A DNA stretch of 64,000 nt from an uncultured virus (IMG/VR IMGVR_UViG_3300021407_000014) (taxonomy: Duplodnaviria > Heunggongvirae > Uroviricota > Caudoviricetes): IMG/VR virus record IMGVR_UViG_3300021407_000014, one strand, 5' to 3'. Position 1 is the stretch's first letter, and each line of letters begins with the position of its first letter. Positions 1-9,166 of the stretch are shown here, piece by piece. The notes beneath the pieces are model-generated. The model was not told the origin of the DNA. It saw only the letters and a list, made by a program, of their open reading frames with translations, and made no database searches. The position numbers and the translations under genes are program-made.

Positions 1-992
1 GACGCTCCGGCCGTGGAGCTGTTGGGCAGGATGTCGGATGTAGCGTTGAAGATCGAGATGATGCGGCGGAAAGGATAGGCGACCGTCGCGATGCTTTCAA
101 AGAACGTGACCGCAGCGAGCGTTCCCTGGTCGGGAATCGCCAGCTCGGTTGTCCGAAGCTGCACGTAGGGAGTCATTCCGACCGCGAGGTCGAGCTCGCT
201 CCCGAACGCCGGGCAGTTCAGTGTAGTAAAGTTGGACTGGAAAACAGCGCTCGCAAATGCGTCGCCACCCGCGCCGAGATTGCCATTGACGAAGAGAGCG
301 ACCGCCGTGAGCGACGTGGGATCTCTTCCAAGCGACCATCCCACGTTAGGAGTGCCCGAGTTCAAGTACCCATGCACGGTCCCGTTGACATCGAAAAGGA
401 CCGCGCCGTCCTGCGCCTGCACCACGGTCGCTGCTTGGGAGCCCGTTCCAGGGCCCGCATGGACGTCTTGCGTGAGCTGCGTGATACCACTCGGTGCAGG
501 AGCGGCCCACGTCGCGACGCCGCCCGTGGTCGTGAGCACCTGCGTGTTGGCCCCCGGTTCGATGTTCGCGACCGAAAGCTGTCCCGTGACGGAACTCGCG
601 TTTGCGAGATTCACGGGCCCGTACGCCAGCGCGCCTCCCGATACCTGGAGCAGGTTACCGTTCGCGCCGACCGCGCTGAGGCCCGTGCCCCCGTTGGCGA
701 TCCCCAAGACCCCCGAGACCGAAGCGGGGTTCGCCAAGTTGAGCGCAGCGTATACGAGAGCCGCTGCACCAGAGACCTGAAGCAGGTTGCCCGGCGTGAG
801 GGCGCCGGCTGCGGGCACGGTCGCGCCGTTGACGCGCACGACGGTCGACGAGACCGCTCCGGAACCAGGGCCCGCAAGGACATCCCCGGTGAGCTGCGTG
901 ATCCCGCCGCCCCCGCCTCCCGACTTCGAGGCGCGTAAGAGCGCCTCGTCAGCGACCGAGCGCGTAATGGCCAAGTAAGTGCGCGGGCTCAT
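1..992 (-). CDS. Fibre/spike-like structural protein, runs off the left edge of the window
   Basis: Not in the ORF track (no stop in window). Manual translation from ATG at 992 (ATGA overlap with the stop of 989..2467): MSPRTYLAITRSVADEALLRASKSGGGGGGITQLTGDVLAGPGSG...GVLGIANGGTG...GITQLTQDVHAGPGTGSQAATVV. Shares its N-terminal motif with the two upstream genes. Confidence 0.7.
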   Translation of the reverse strand, partial: MSPRTYLAITRSVADEALLRASKSGGGGGGITQLTGDVLAGPGSGAVSSTVVRVNGATVPAAGALTPGNLLQVSGAAALVYAALNLANPASVSGVLGIANGGTGLSAVGANGNLLQVSGGALAYGPVNLANASSVTGQLSVANIEPGANTQVLTTTGGVATWAAPAPSGITQLTQDVHAGPGTGSQAATVVQAQDGAVLFDVNGTVHGYLNSGTPNVGWSLGRDPTSLTAVALFVNGNLGAGGDAFASAVFQSNFTTLNCPAFGSELDLAVGMTPYVQLRTTELAIPDQGTLAAVTFFESIATVAYPFRRIISIFNATSDILPNSSTAGA

Positions 993-2467
993 GCGGCCTT
1001 ACGTCTCACTATCCATGGTCGGTCACCCATCTCATCGAGCATGCACTTGAAGCAAAATGTGATGCCACCGTACTTTGGATTATAAAACTCGGTACCGAAG
1101 TCCGTCCCGCACGAAGGACAGTGTCCATTCCCAGATGTGCCTTTGAAGCCTTCTAGGTCCGCTGGTCCGAACGTCGTGTGTGTACCGCCACTGCCAAGCC
1201 ATGTGCCTGCGCCAGCTACGGAATACAATGTACCTCCTCCGACCGGATTCGATCCTGGTGTCACTGATGCGTTGGTAACTCCAATCACTCCCGTTCCTCC
1301 CCCGAATGTCGCTACATTTGATCCGAGGAGTACAATCCCGTTAGAGTTGCCATATAGAATGGCATTGGCATCGCCCTGAAAAAGCGCAATGGCCGCAGAT
1401 GGTGGAGTGTTGAAGTATGTGTACGTCGATCCGTCAGTGATGATTGCAGCCTCTGCATTCAGTGTCGACGAATTGAGCCACAGGTTGTGCTGTCCCAACG
1501 CATCGAGACCAATGCGTCCGATCTGCGTTCCGGCACGAGACACGACTAGTCCTGCCTCTGTGCCAGTACCCGAAGGAAGGCCGAGCGCGACGAACACGTT
1601 TCCTGGTGTTCCGTTTACATTCGCGCCCGCACCAGGTTCCAGCTTCACGTCTCCGCCGACGAGATTGACGGTCGCGGTCGCAAAGGCTGACTGTCCAACT
1701 ATCTCCAATGGAATCGTAGCGACATCCGCCGTCTGCGGATCGATGAGGACCCGAGACGATAGTGAAGTCACGCCGAAGTGAATCGCCGGATTCGATGGGT
1801 CCGGCGGTTGTGTCTGAATGTCGAAATAAATCGAAGCCGAAGCTGCCGCTCCATCTCCCATGTAAATGACCAGGGGGGTCAAGTACATCATCAGATAATC
1901 GTCTTGCGTAAGTAAACCTATCGCTCCCAATGGGGGGGCGTTCAAATACGTGTACGGGGGGCCACTTACCGGAGTTGGGTTTGTGATCAGCGCGGCATAG
2001 ATATGGGTGGTACCCAGCATCCCTTTGCCTAGCCAGAGATCGGTCTGCCCAATGTCGTCTACGCCGATAATTGCAAGCGGGTCAGGCCCTCGATGCACTT
2101 GAAACGAGGCTTCCACACCAGTGCCGGACGGAGCTGCCAGTTGAACGATTGCACTCCCGTTTGTAGCGTTTGCGTCTGTACTAGTTTGCGGACGCCAGGT
2201 TGAATTGGTGGCTGTTGCGGCCGTGGTGGGCGCTTGCGTCAAGAGCATTACCGATGAAGCGGACCAGGTCATCGTTCCGCCAGAACCAAACAGGTACTCG
2301 CCATTTCTGGCTGCCACAACCGTAGCTGGTTGGCTTCCTACTCCGGGACCGGCTAGCACGTCGCCGGTAAGCTGATTGATCCCCTCACCTCCCTCAGCCT
2401 GACGAGCGCGTAGGAGCGCCTCGTCGGCGATGCGACGTGTCTCGGTAAGGGTGAAGTGGGGGCTCAT
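989..2467 (-). CDS. Fibre/spike-like protein with C-terminal CxxC...CxxC
   Basis: 492 aa; N-terminal ADEALLRARQAEG-GINQLTGDVLAGPG motif; Gly/Thr beta-rich body with an internal duplication; ends HCPSCG...FCFKC. Confidence 0.6.
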   Translation of the reverse strand: MSPHFTLTETRRIADEALLRARQAEGGEGINQLTGDVLAGPGVGSQPATVVAARNGEYLFGSGGTMTWSASSVMLLTQAPTTAATATNSTWRPQTSTDANATNGSAIVQLAAPSGTGVEASFQVHRGPDPLAIIGVDDIGQTDLWLGKGMLGTTHIYAALITNPTPVSGPPYTYLNAPPLGAIGLLTQDDYLMMYLTPLVIYMGDGAAASASIYFDIQTQPPDPSNPAIHFGVTSLSSRVLIDPQTADVATIPLEIVGQSAFATATVNLVGGDVKLEPGAGANVNGTPGNVFVALGLPSGTGTEAGLVVSRAGTQIGRIGLDALGQHNLWLNSSTLNAEAAIITDGSTYTYFNTPPSAAIALFQGDANAILYGNSNGIVLLGSNVATFGGGTGVIGVTNASVTPGSNPVGGGTLYSVAGAGTWLGSGGTHTTFGPADLEGFKGTSGNGHCPSCGTDFGTEFYNPKYGGITFCFKCMLDEMGDRPWIVRRKAA

Positions 2468-2470
2468 GAG

Positions 2471-2995
2471 CTAGTAGACCGCGACTTTGCGCGCGACTCC
2501 GTTGACGGTCACCGAGACGTACTGCGCCGGGGTCGCGGGGAGCGCAGCGGCCCCTCCCGCCGCCGGAGCGACCGTTGACTGCGTGACGCCCTCGATGTCG
2601 AGCACGGGCCCTTGCAGCACGAGACCTGTCGAGTTCACGGGGTCTCCCACGAGAACCTGATTCAGCGCGTTCGTCGTGAGCACGCCGATGTCTGCTGTGT
2701 TGCCGGCGTTTCGAGCTGCAACGATCATCGAGTTGTTGGCGACGTTGAGCTGCGCGCTCGTAGCCACGGGATTCACCGATGTCTGCATCGAGATTTTCGA
2801 TCGAACCGGAAGAACTCCGGCAGCGCCGGACGCAGCCACCACCGTTGCCGCCTGGCTTCCTGCCCCCGGTCCCGCGAGCACGTCGCCCGTGAGCTGCGTG
2901 ATGCCATCGGCTCCCTCGGCCTGCCTGGAGCGCAGAAGAGCTTCGTCCGCGAGAACCTTGATCTGTGCGTTGGCGTTGTGTGCGTTCCTACTCAT
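2471..2995 (-). CDS. Short fibre/spike paralogue
   Basis: 174 aa; ADEALLRSRQAEGADGITQLTGDVLAGPGAGSQAATVV; GGAGA RBS upstream. Confidence 0.65.
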   Translation of the reverse strand: MSRNAHNANAQIKVLADEALLRSRQAEGADGITQLTGDVLAGPGAGSQAATVVAASGAAGVLPVRSKISMQTSVNPVATSAQLNVANNSMIVAARNAGNTADIGVLTTNALNQVLVGDPVNSTGLVLQGPVLDIEGVTQSTVAPAAGGAAALPATPAQYVSVTVNGVARKVAVY

Positions 2996-3006
2996 GACTT
3001 CTCCCT

Positions 3007-3507
3007 TTAGTGTCCTGGTGAGACGCCATGCATGATGGCGTAGATGATGATGCCCGTGAGTACAGCCGCGATGATATGGCTCAGGATCTTGGGTCCGAAC
3101 TCCGCGAGGATACCCTTGGGCTTGCTCTTCTCTTCCTCGAGCTTTTCCTTGAGCCGAGCGCTTTCTCGCTCCTGAAGCTTGAGTTCCATCTCGGCCTTGA
3201 GCTTCTCGATGTCCCAGCTTCCCGAATCCGTGGTCGGGAAGAAACGTTCCTGCTTCTGCTCGACGATAGTGACCCGTGCCTTGAGGCCTCGAATCTCGTC
3301 ATGGACGAATGACTTCAGGCCCGAGATTTCGCGCACGATCGTATCGGTCATCTGCTCGAAGCGCTTCTCGAGCGCAGGCCGACGTCGTCGATCGTCCTCT
3401 TGGGTCTCGAGGTACTCCTCGAGCTTCCGATCCAGTTCTGCTCGCGTGAGGCGGGGAGGGGGAGGAGATGAGGCCATCGGAAATTCCCAGGAGAGCGCAG
3501 CAGCCAT
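3007..3507 (-). CDS. Coiled-coil protein with C-terminal TM helix
   Basis: Start re-called at 3507 (TAATG overlap with upstream stop); charged helical body followed by ILSHIIAAVLTGIIIYAIM. Confidence 0.6.
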   Translation of the reverse strand: MAAALSWEFPMASSPPPPRLTRAELDRKLEEYLETQEDDRRRRPALEKRFEQMTDTIVREISGLKSFVHDEIRGLKARVTIVEQKQERFFPTTDSGSWDIEKLKAEMELKLQERESARLKEKLEEEKSKPKGILAEFGPKILSHIIAAVLTGIIIYAIMHGVSPGH

Positions 3508-4805
3508 TACCTCTTCGCTCCCCTCTTCGGTCCCTTCTTTTGGCGCATGTGCACGAGGTAGGCAAATCCCCCGACTCCGATGAGCGTGGCCCCCACGCCG
3601 AGCGCGAGAAGCACCGGATCGGTCGTGGGAGCCGTGGGCGGCGCGGGCGGGACGACAGGAACCTGTCCGCCGCCCTGCTGCACCGTCACACCCTGCGCTG
3701 TGTACGAGCCCGGGACCTGCAAATCGCCCGAGCCGGGCTCGGGGACGCCATCCGTAGTGGTACCCACAGCGTTGAGCTGCGTCTGACCCGCGCTCGCGGT
3801 CGTGATCGTGGGAGGCGTGTACGTGTTCGAGCCGGGATCCGGACCGCCCGAGCTCGCCTGACCTACGCCTGTGACGCTCCCGTAAAACGCGCAGACCGAG
3901 ACCTGACATGTGCCGCCCGACGCCGCGAGCCGGAAGTAGCCCAGGCTTGACTGGTAGTAGACCGTGCTCGTCTGGTTCGAGCGCGCGAGCGCAAGCGCTT
4001 GCTGCGCGACGTCCGCTGGCCAGTCACTGGGTGGCTGCGAACCGGACGTGATCTCTCCGAGAGGCGTCCATGCGCAGCTCGCAACGACCGCGTACGCGAC
4101 CGGCCACCATCCGTTCCATCCGTCCCAGCCCCAGCCCCACCATCCCCAACCTCCGCCGACGAGGTTGTGCCGCGAACCGCCATGTCCGTGACCCCCGTGA
4201 CCAGGTCCCCCATGGCCATGTCCAGACGGGGGCGGATGTCCTCCGCCTCCACCCGCGCCGCCCCCGTGTCCCCCTCCGCCGTGAGGCCCGGGACCGGGCG
4301 CGCCTCCTCCGCCTCCTACGTGATGCGGCGCTCCGCCGTGCGCGCCCGGACTCGGGGGCGGACTTCCTCCCCACGGTGGGCTTCCCGCTTGCTGGAACCC
4401 TCCCCCTCCTCCAGGACCGGGACTCGGCCCCTTCGACTGACCGTGTCCTCCGCCGGAAGGTCCCTTGTGACCGGGAGCGAAACCGGCCGAGCTGAAACTA
4501 CCTCCGCCGCCCGCGTGGCCTCCCCCTCCACCTCCTCCATGGCTGCCGCCTCCGCCTCCTCCGCCTCGTCCGACGCCTACGGTCGAGTGGACCCAAGACA
4601 GCGGCAGGTACAGGCGCTCACCGGGATACAAGCTCGCGAACGTGCGCACGCCTTGGATCAGAACCTGATCCTTGCCTGGATTCGCCGCGATGAGCTCGGC
4701 GAGCCTGTACGGATTGGCGGTGAACCTCTGCGCGATGAGCATCGGGGTGTCCCCGGGCTGCACCGTGTAGATTTGTGCCGCGATGGGAGGAGTGGGCCAG
4801 GTCAT
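3507..4805 (-). CDS. LysM-domain, Gly/His/Trp-rich membrane-anchored protein
   Basis: N-terminal YTVQPGDTPMLIAQRF...LIAANP is LysM-like; C-terminal TM followed by a basic tail. Confidence 0.75.
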   Translation of the reverse strand: MTWPTPPIAAQIYTVQPGDTPMLIAQRFTANPYRLAELIAANPGKDQVLIQGVRTFASLYPGERLYLPLSWVHSTVGVGRGGGGGGGSHGGGGGGGHAGGGGSFSSAGFAPGHKGPSGGGHGQSKGPSPGPGGGGGFQQAGSPPWGGSPPPSPGAHGGAPHHVGGGGGAPGPGPHGGGGHGGGAGGGGGHPPPSGHGHGGPGHGGHGHGGSRHNLVGGGWGWWGWGWDGWNGWWPVAYAVVASCAWTPLGEITSGSQPPSDWPADVAQQALALARSNQTSTVYYQSSLGYFRLAASGGTCQVSVCAFYGSVTGVGQASSGGPDPGSNTYTPPTITTASAGQTQLNAVGTTTDGVPEPGSGDLQVPGSYTAQGVTVQQGGGQVPVVPPAPPTAPTTDPVLLALGVGATLIGVGGFAYLVHMRQKKGPKRGAKR

Positions 4806-4826
4806 GGTTTCTTACCTGCGTCCCCT

Positions 4827-5276
4827 CTAGCGCCTTCGGCGCCGTCGCGCGCGCGACCTGTGGTGGCCGAAGTGATGCGTGGTCCGGTGACCGCCGCCCT
4901 TCATCTTGTGCCGGTGCGCGACGAGCGCGACCGCGCCCACACCCGCGACGAGCGCGAGCCCGCCGATAATCATCGGCAGATTGTTCTGGATGGTCGACGT
5001 GAGCGAAGAACTCGTCGTGCCGGAGCTTGACCCTCCGCCTCCGCCGCCTCCGCCTCCGCCGCCTCCTGAGCTGGGCTGATTCTCCGTGGAGGTGCCCACC
5101 GCGTTGAGCTGCGTCTGGCCGCCGCTCACGCTCTGAAGGCCCTGGTTGTCCGTGTTCCCTCCGTCGAGGGTACTCCCCGACGGGTCGAGCTGGCCGACGT
5201 CTTCTTGGCCCAGGCCGCGCCCCCATCTCTGTCCTGCGTAGGAAGGCGTGAAAGGAAATGCTCGATCGACACTCAT
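4827..5276 (-). CDS. Small C-terminally anchored membrane protein
   Basis: Start re-called at MSVDRAFPF; poly-Gly, TM, Arg/His tail; shares GQTQLNAVGT with the LysM protein. Confidence 0.6.
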   Translation of the reverse strand: MSVDRAFPFTPSYAGQRWGRGLGQEDVGQLDPSGSTLDGGNTDNQGLQSVSGGQTQLNAVGTSTENQPSSGGGGGGGGGGGGSSSGTTSSSLTSTIQNNLPMIIGGLALVAGVGAVALVAHRHKMKGGGHRTTHHFGHHRSRARRRRRR

Positions 5277-5286
5277 GATTGGCCTC

Positions 5287-5757
5287 TTATCTCCTGATGA
5301 CATGGGCGAGGCCGTAGCCCGCCGCGACACTGATGCCCAGAACTGCAAACGCCATGGCCCATCCTTGCCAGTTCACGCTGGAACTCGAGCTTGTGCTCGT
5401 CTGGCCAAAGCCTTGGACAGCGAAATCTTTCTGCGCCCTCGTAAGCCCCACGCCCTGGCAAGAGCCGCAGTAGCCGCGCTGTGCGAAGATTTCCGCCTGC
5501 GGGATCGCATAGTCCGGCATCCCCGGCTCTTGCAGAGGGATCTGGGCATGCGGAAGACCGCCTCCCATGTGTCCCGTCATCGGCAGGACCACCGGTCCCA
5601 CGTACGTCTCGGGGAAGTAGATGGGCCCACCCGCGGCGTCATAGTCCGTGTAGGGCTTTTGATCCGTGAAGACCGCGCCCATTTCTTGGTACTCGGAGCA
5701 GCAGGGCAAGCCCTCTTCGCAGTTGCCGCAGCAGTCTGTTCCAGAGCCTGAGCTCAT
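5287..5757 (-). CDS. Cys-containing small membrane protein
   Basis: Start re-called at MSSGSGTDCCGNC (ATGA overlap); C-terminal TM. Confidence 0.55.
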   Translation of the reverse strand: MSSGSGTDCCGNCEEGLPCCSEYQEMGAVFTDQKPYTDYDAAGGPIYFPETYVGPVVLPMTGHMGGGLPHAQIPLQEPGMPDYAIPQAEIFAQRGYCGSCQGVGLTRAQKDFAVQGFGQTSTSSSSSVNWQGWAMAFAVLGISVAAGYGLAHVIRR

Positions 5758-6905
5758 GACGTCCGACCTCCTTTGCCACAAGCTTCGTAGTCGCTCGTGT
5801 CGTCTGCGGGACGCTCGAGCGAGGGATCGTTCGTCCGCGTGCCCTGACGCACGATCCGGTCCGCGTCGCTGGGGCGCCGGTACGTCTTCTCTTTCTCGCC
5901 GACCCAATCCTCCATCTCGAAGATGAGCGAACCGGCGATGCGAATGTACGTCGAGTTCGGGAACGTCTGCACGAACGAGTCTTCGCGCGTGACACCCAGC
6001 GTCGTACTGAAAGGCGAGATCGTCGCCGGGGGCGGCTGAAGTCGCGTCGAGGGGTTAGTCTGCTGGACGCTCGCGTAGAACGCGATATTGCAGGGACCTT
6101 CGATCAGAGCATCGCACGACGAAGGAATGTCCCACTCGCTCGTGCGAAGATCGTTCATACGTCCCAGTTCTGGCGAGAGAATGTTGCCCGGGAAGTCGCC
6201 ACCCCACGGGGGCGTAATGACTCCGGTACCCTCGTCGATGGTCTCGAAGAGCTGCGCGGGCGTCGTGCTCCACCGGAACTTCACGGGAGTCACGACGGTC
6301 GGCGACTGCGTGAAGTAGCCGTCCTGCACGTTGCCGATGATGGTCGGATCGACGATGCGCCGGATACCCCAGAGCACGTTTCCGTCCGTGAACTTCCAGA
6401 ACGCCGAGCTTACAGGCGTCTCGAGCGGGTAGGTCGCGCCGCTCAGGAGCATCACGGTGCTCCCCGGATGGAGCGCGCCCGTTCCGCCCGCGGCGCCCGT
6501 GAGGGACGTCGGAGTGATCCCAGCGAACGTGACGGTCTGCGGACCGTTCGCGCTCACGATGATGGCCGTTCCCCCTCCGGCAGGGAATCCCGTGGTCGAC
6601 ACGACATCGATGGTCGCCGCCGGCAGGTTTGCCGTGTCGGTGACCTGAGTGGTCGGACCCGAGGGGAGGTTCGAGCCGATGGTAAGAAGCTGGCGGAAGC
6701 CGATCAGCCTGGCGCGCTGATGGACGTTGAACTGCTTCTGGCAGAGCATGTACATCTGCCGAAGCCGAGGACTCGTGCTCGGATGAGTCCCGTTGGGCCC
6801 GATGAACAGGCCGATGTCGTTCGCCGTGCCAATCGGATCCGAACCAACGAGCTGTAGGTTCGGGTTGTATCCGACAGTGACGACTTCAATTCGACGACCA
6901 CGCAA
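5754..6905 (-). CDS. Putative virion structural protein (beta-rich)
   Basis: 383 aa; contains IDVVSTTGFPAGGG..TVTFAGIT segment typical of phage structural inserts; lies in the same operon. Confidence 0.5.
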   Translation of the reverse strand: MRGRRIEVVTVGYNPNLQLVGSDPIGTANDIGLFIGPNGTHPSTSPRLRQMYMLCQKQFNVHQRARLIGFRQLLTIGSNLPSGPTTQVTDTANLPAATIDVVSTTGFPAGGGTAIIVSANGPQTVTFAGITPTSLTGAAGGTGALHPGSTVMLLSGATYPLETPVSSAFWKFTDGNVLWGIRRIVDPTIIGNVQDGYFTQSPTVVTPVKFRWSTTPAQLFETIDEGTGVITPPWGGDFPGNILSPELGRMNDLRTSEWDIPSSCDALIEGPCNIAFYASVQQTNPSTRLQPPPATISPFSTTLGVTREDSFVQTFPNSTYIRIAGSLIFEMEDWVGEKEKTYRRPSDADRIVRQGTRTNDPSLERPADDTSDYEACGKGGRTS

Positions 6906-6926
6906 GGGGAGCGCCTCCTCTCGCGC

Positions 6927-7637
6927 TTAGGGACACTCCACGGCTCGAGGCAGCCAGAAGCCCATCTCGCGGAGCTTGCGCGCCGCAGTGTCCACGGAGA
7001 TTTCATCGACCGTGTGGTCCAGGAACTGCCAACCGTTGAAGGTGAGCACTACGTTGTAGGGAGGTCCGTTCTCTTCGCCGAGGCCCGAAACGATTCCGGC
7101 CACGAGCTCGAACTCGACCTCGATGTTCTGCTGCTTGAAGAGCGGCCAGCCGCGCTGCCAGCGCGACGCGAGTATGTTGACGAAGTTGTTGAGCGGCGTG
7201 AACTGGGGCGAGACCAGGTACCTCGGTCCGCTGTGCACCGTAAGCCGGACGCCGATGCCCGGGTTCTGGCGAAGATACGCCATGAACTCCGAGACGAGAA
7301 TCTGTCCCTGGAAGACGTTGGGGAGCGAAATGTCGAACGTGATGTTGTCGATCCAGGTTCTTTGGGCGATGGTCGTATCGAGCCCTGCCTGGATGGGAAT
7401 CTGATTGAGCGCGAAGCTCGAGAAGCTGCCGGATGCGTTGATGGAGATGGGGATGCGCGGCACGCCCATCACGAGCCCGTAGGCCGCGATGGGATCGAGC
7501 ATCGCGATCTCTTCGATCCACTGGGCCTTCGGCTCCATGCCGAACCCGCGAATCTTCTCGCCTTCACCCGGTTCTCTGCCGAGACCGCGCGGGTACTCCT
7601 TCACGGACATCTCGGAGAAGTCTTTCAGGGTCGGCAT
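6927..7637 (-). CDS. Putative minor capsid/structural protein
   Basis: 236 aa with alternating hydrophobic beta-strand pattern; directly downstream of the candidate capsid gene. Confidence 0.4.
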   Translation of the reverse strand: MPTLKDFSEMSVKEYPRGLGREPGEGEKIRGFGMEPKAQWIEEIAMLDPIAAYGLVMGVPRIPISINASGSFSSFALNQIPIQAGLDTTIAQRTWIDNITFDISLPNVFQGQILVSEFMAYLRQNPGIGVRLTVHSGPRYLVSPQFTPLNNFVNILASRWQRGWPLFKQQNIEVEFELVAGIVSGLGEENGPPYNVVLTFNGWQFLDHTVDEISVDTAARKLREMGFWLPRAVECP

Positions 7638-7751
7638 CGCTCACTCACCTCACGCAAGAAGCACGAAACAAGACAGCCTCCGTGCGCCTCTCCCATCCCT
7701 ATCCTGCTGTGACGCAGGACGCGAGATGAGAGAGGGCAAAGAGGCGCGTGA

Positions 7752-9065
7752 TCAGCCGGCGAAGCTGGTTGCGTTGTAGGTCTGCGGAAGCGCCGCGAGA
7801 CCCGCCGGGATCAGGTTGGACTTGATGTACTGGAGCCAGGGGCCCCAGACCTCGAAGCCCTTGATCAGGATGGCGAGCTGGAGCGCGCCACCCTTGTAGA
7901 GGACGCGGTCCGTCTGCACCTGCTGGGACGCGATGACCGGCGTGGCGTCGAGCGTGAGCTCGTCGAACGTGGTCCCCGCGACCGGCGTGACGGTCGTGCC
8001 GCTCGTGGTCGGTCCGATCGGCATGAGGGTGTGGGTCGTCCCGTGTCCGTTGTCGTTGTTCGACAGGAACTGCTGCATGAGCGCCTGATGGTAGGCGTCC
8101 TGGACGATCAGGATCATCCCGATCGGGATGCCCTTCTCGAGAAGGACCGGCTTCGGGAGCTTCCGGAACGGATGCGCCATTCCGGTCATGCCCTGCGCTC
8201 GGAGACCGCCCCACGTGACGTCGATGAGGTCGTACGCGCGGGTCGGGTGGAAGACGCCGACGTTGGCGCCGCCCGGCCCGAGCGTGGTCACGGAGCCCAC
8301 TCGCTGCGCGTTGATGGAGAGGAACGCACCCGGATCACCGATGCCCGGATCCTGGTACTTGATGTTCGCCCGGTCGACGAAGCGCTGGAACGCCTCCTGG
8401 CTGGAACCCGCAGCGACCGCCTCGGCGTAGGAGCCGAAGTAGGCCACGTCCGCGCACAGCTCTTTGATGAGCTGGTAGCGCTGCTGCATGATCCACTGGA
8501 ACTGGTACGCGTTCATGAGGTGCCAGAGCGCGTTCTGCGCATCGACACCCCACTCGAGGATCGCCGGGGTCATCGTGGCGGCCGGCGTGGCTCCCGCGAG
8601 AGACGGACCAAGCGCCCCGTTGAGGACGTCGTTGTGCGTGAACGCGTCCGGAGAGACCGGAACCGCGTCCGGCGCGGGCGCCGGGGTCACGTAGTTGCCG
8701 ATCTGCGATCCCTGCTGCGGCTCGGCAAACCCGTGGATGCCGAAGCCGATGGCCAGCATGTCGACCTGGAGAAGGCCGTTGATGATGAAGCTCGAGTCGA
8801 CGTCCGTGACCCCGGGGACAGCCTTGGGGTTCTGGAGGATGTCGATCTCGTCACCGAACGTGCCCGGGATCGCGCTCTGCGGAACCGGTAGATCGATCGT
8901 CCAGGTGACGTACTCGATGACCGGGACCTGCGTGAATCCGCAGTTGATGAGAGCCTGCGCGGCCGTGGTCTGGTTCTGACCGACGCCCACGATCGCCTCG
9001 GGACCCATCCCGAGTCCGATCATCCGGGCGAGGCCCTTGTCTACGCTCTTCGACTTGGAACTCAT
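7752..9065 (-). CDS. Candidate major capsid protein (fold unverified)
   Basis: 437 aa, soluble, beta-rich; strong AAGGAG RBS; followed by an intergenic gap; next to the Arg-rich core-like gene. Function inferred from context only. Confidence 0.4.
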   Translation of the reverse strand: MSSKSKSVDKGLARMIGLGMGPEAIVGVGQNQTTAAQALINCGFTQVPVIEYVTWTIDLPVPQSAIPGTFGDEIDILQNPKAVPGVTDVDSSFIINGLLQVDMLAIGFGIHGFAEPQQGSQIGNYVTPAPAPDAVPVSPDAFTHNDVLNGALGPSLAGATPAATMTPAILEWGVDAQNALWHLMNAYQFQWIMQQRYQLIKELCADVAYFGSYAEAVAAGSSQEAFQRFVDRANIKYQDPGIGDPGAFLSINAQRVGSVTTLGPGGANVGVFHPTRAYDLIDVTWGGLRAQGMTGMAHPFRKLPKPVLLEKGIPIGMILIVQDAYHQALMQQFLSNNDNGHGTTHTLMPIGPTTSGTTVTPVAGTTFDELTLDATPVIASQQVQTDRVLYKGGALQLAILIKGFEVWGPWLQYIKSNLIPAGLAALPQTYNATSFAG

Positions 9066-9166
9066 TTCTCTCTCTCCTTAGGCCATGGAGGGTAAATCCA
9101 CACCATCGCCTGTCGCTTCTCTTGTGGAACTCCTGAACTCGAACTCTTTGAACCCGAACCCGAACC

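Noticed and set aside
4190..5070. CCGCCTCC-type repeats (also near 12490-12600)
   Set aside because: They have 3-nt periodicity and encode poly-Gly in minus-strand genes.
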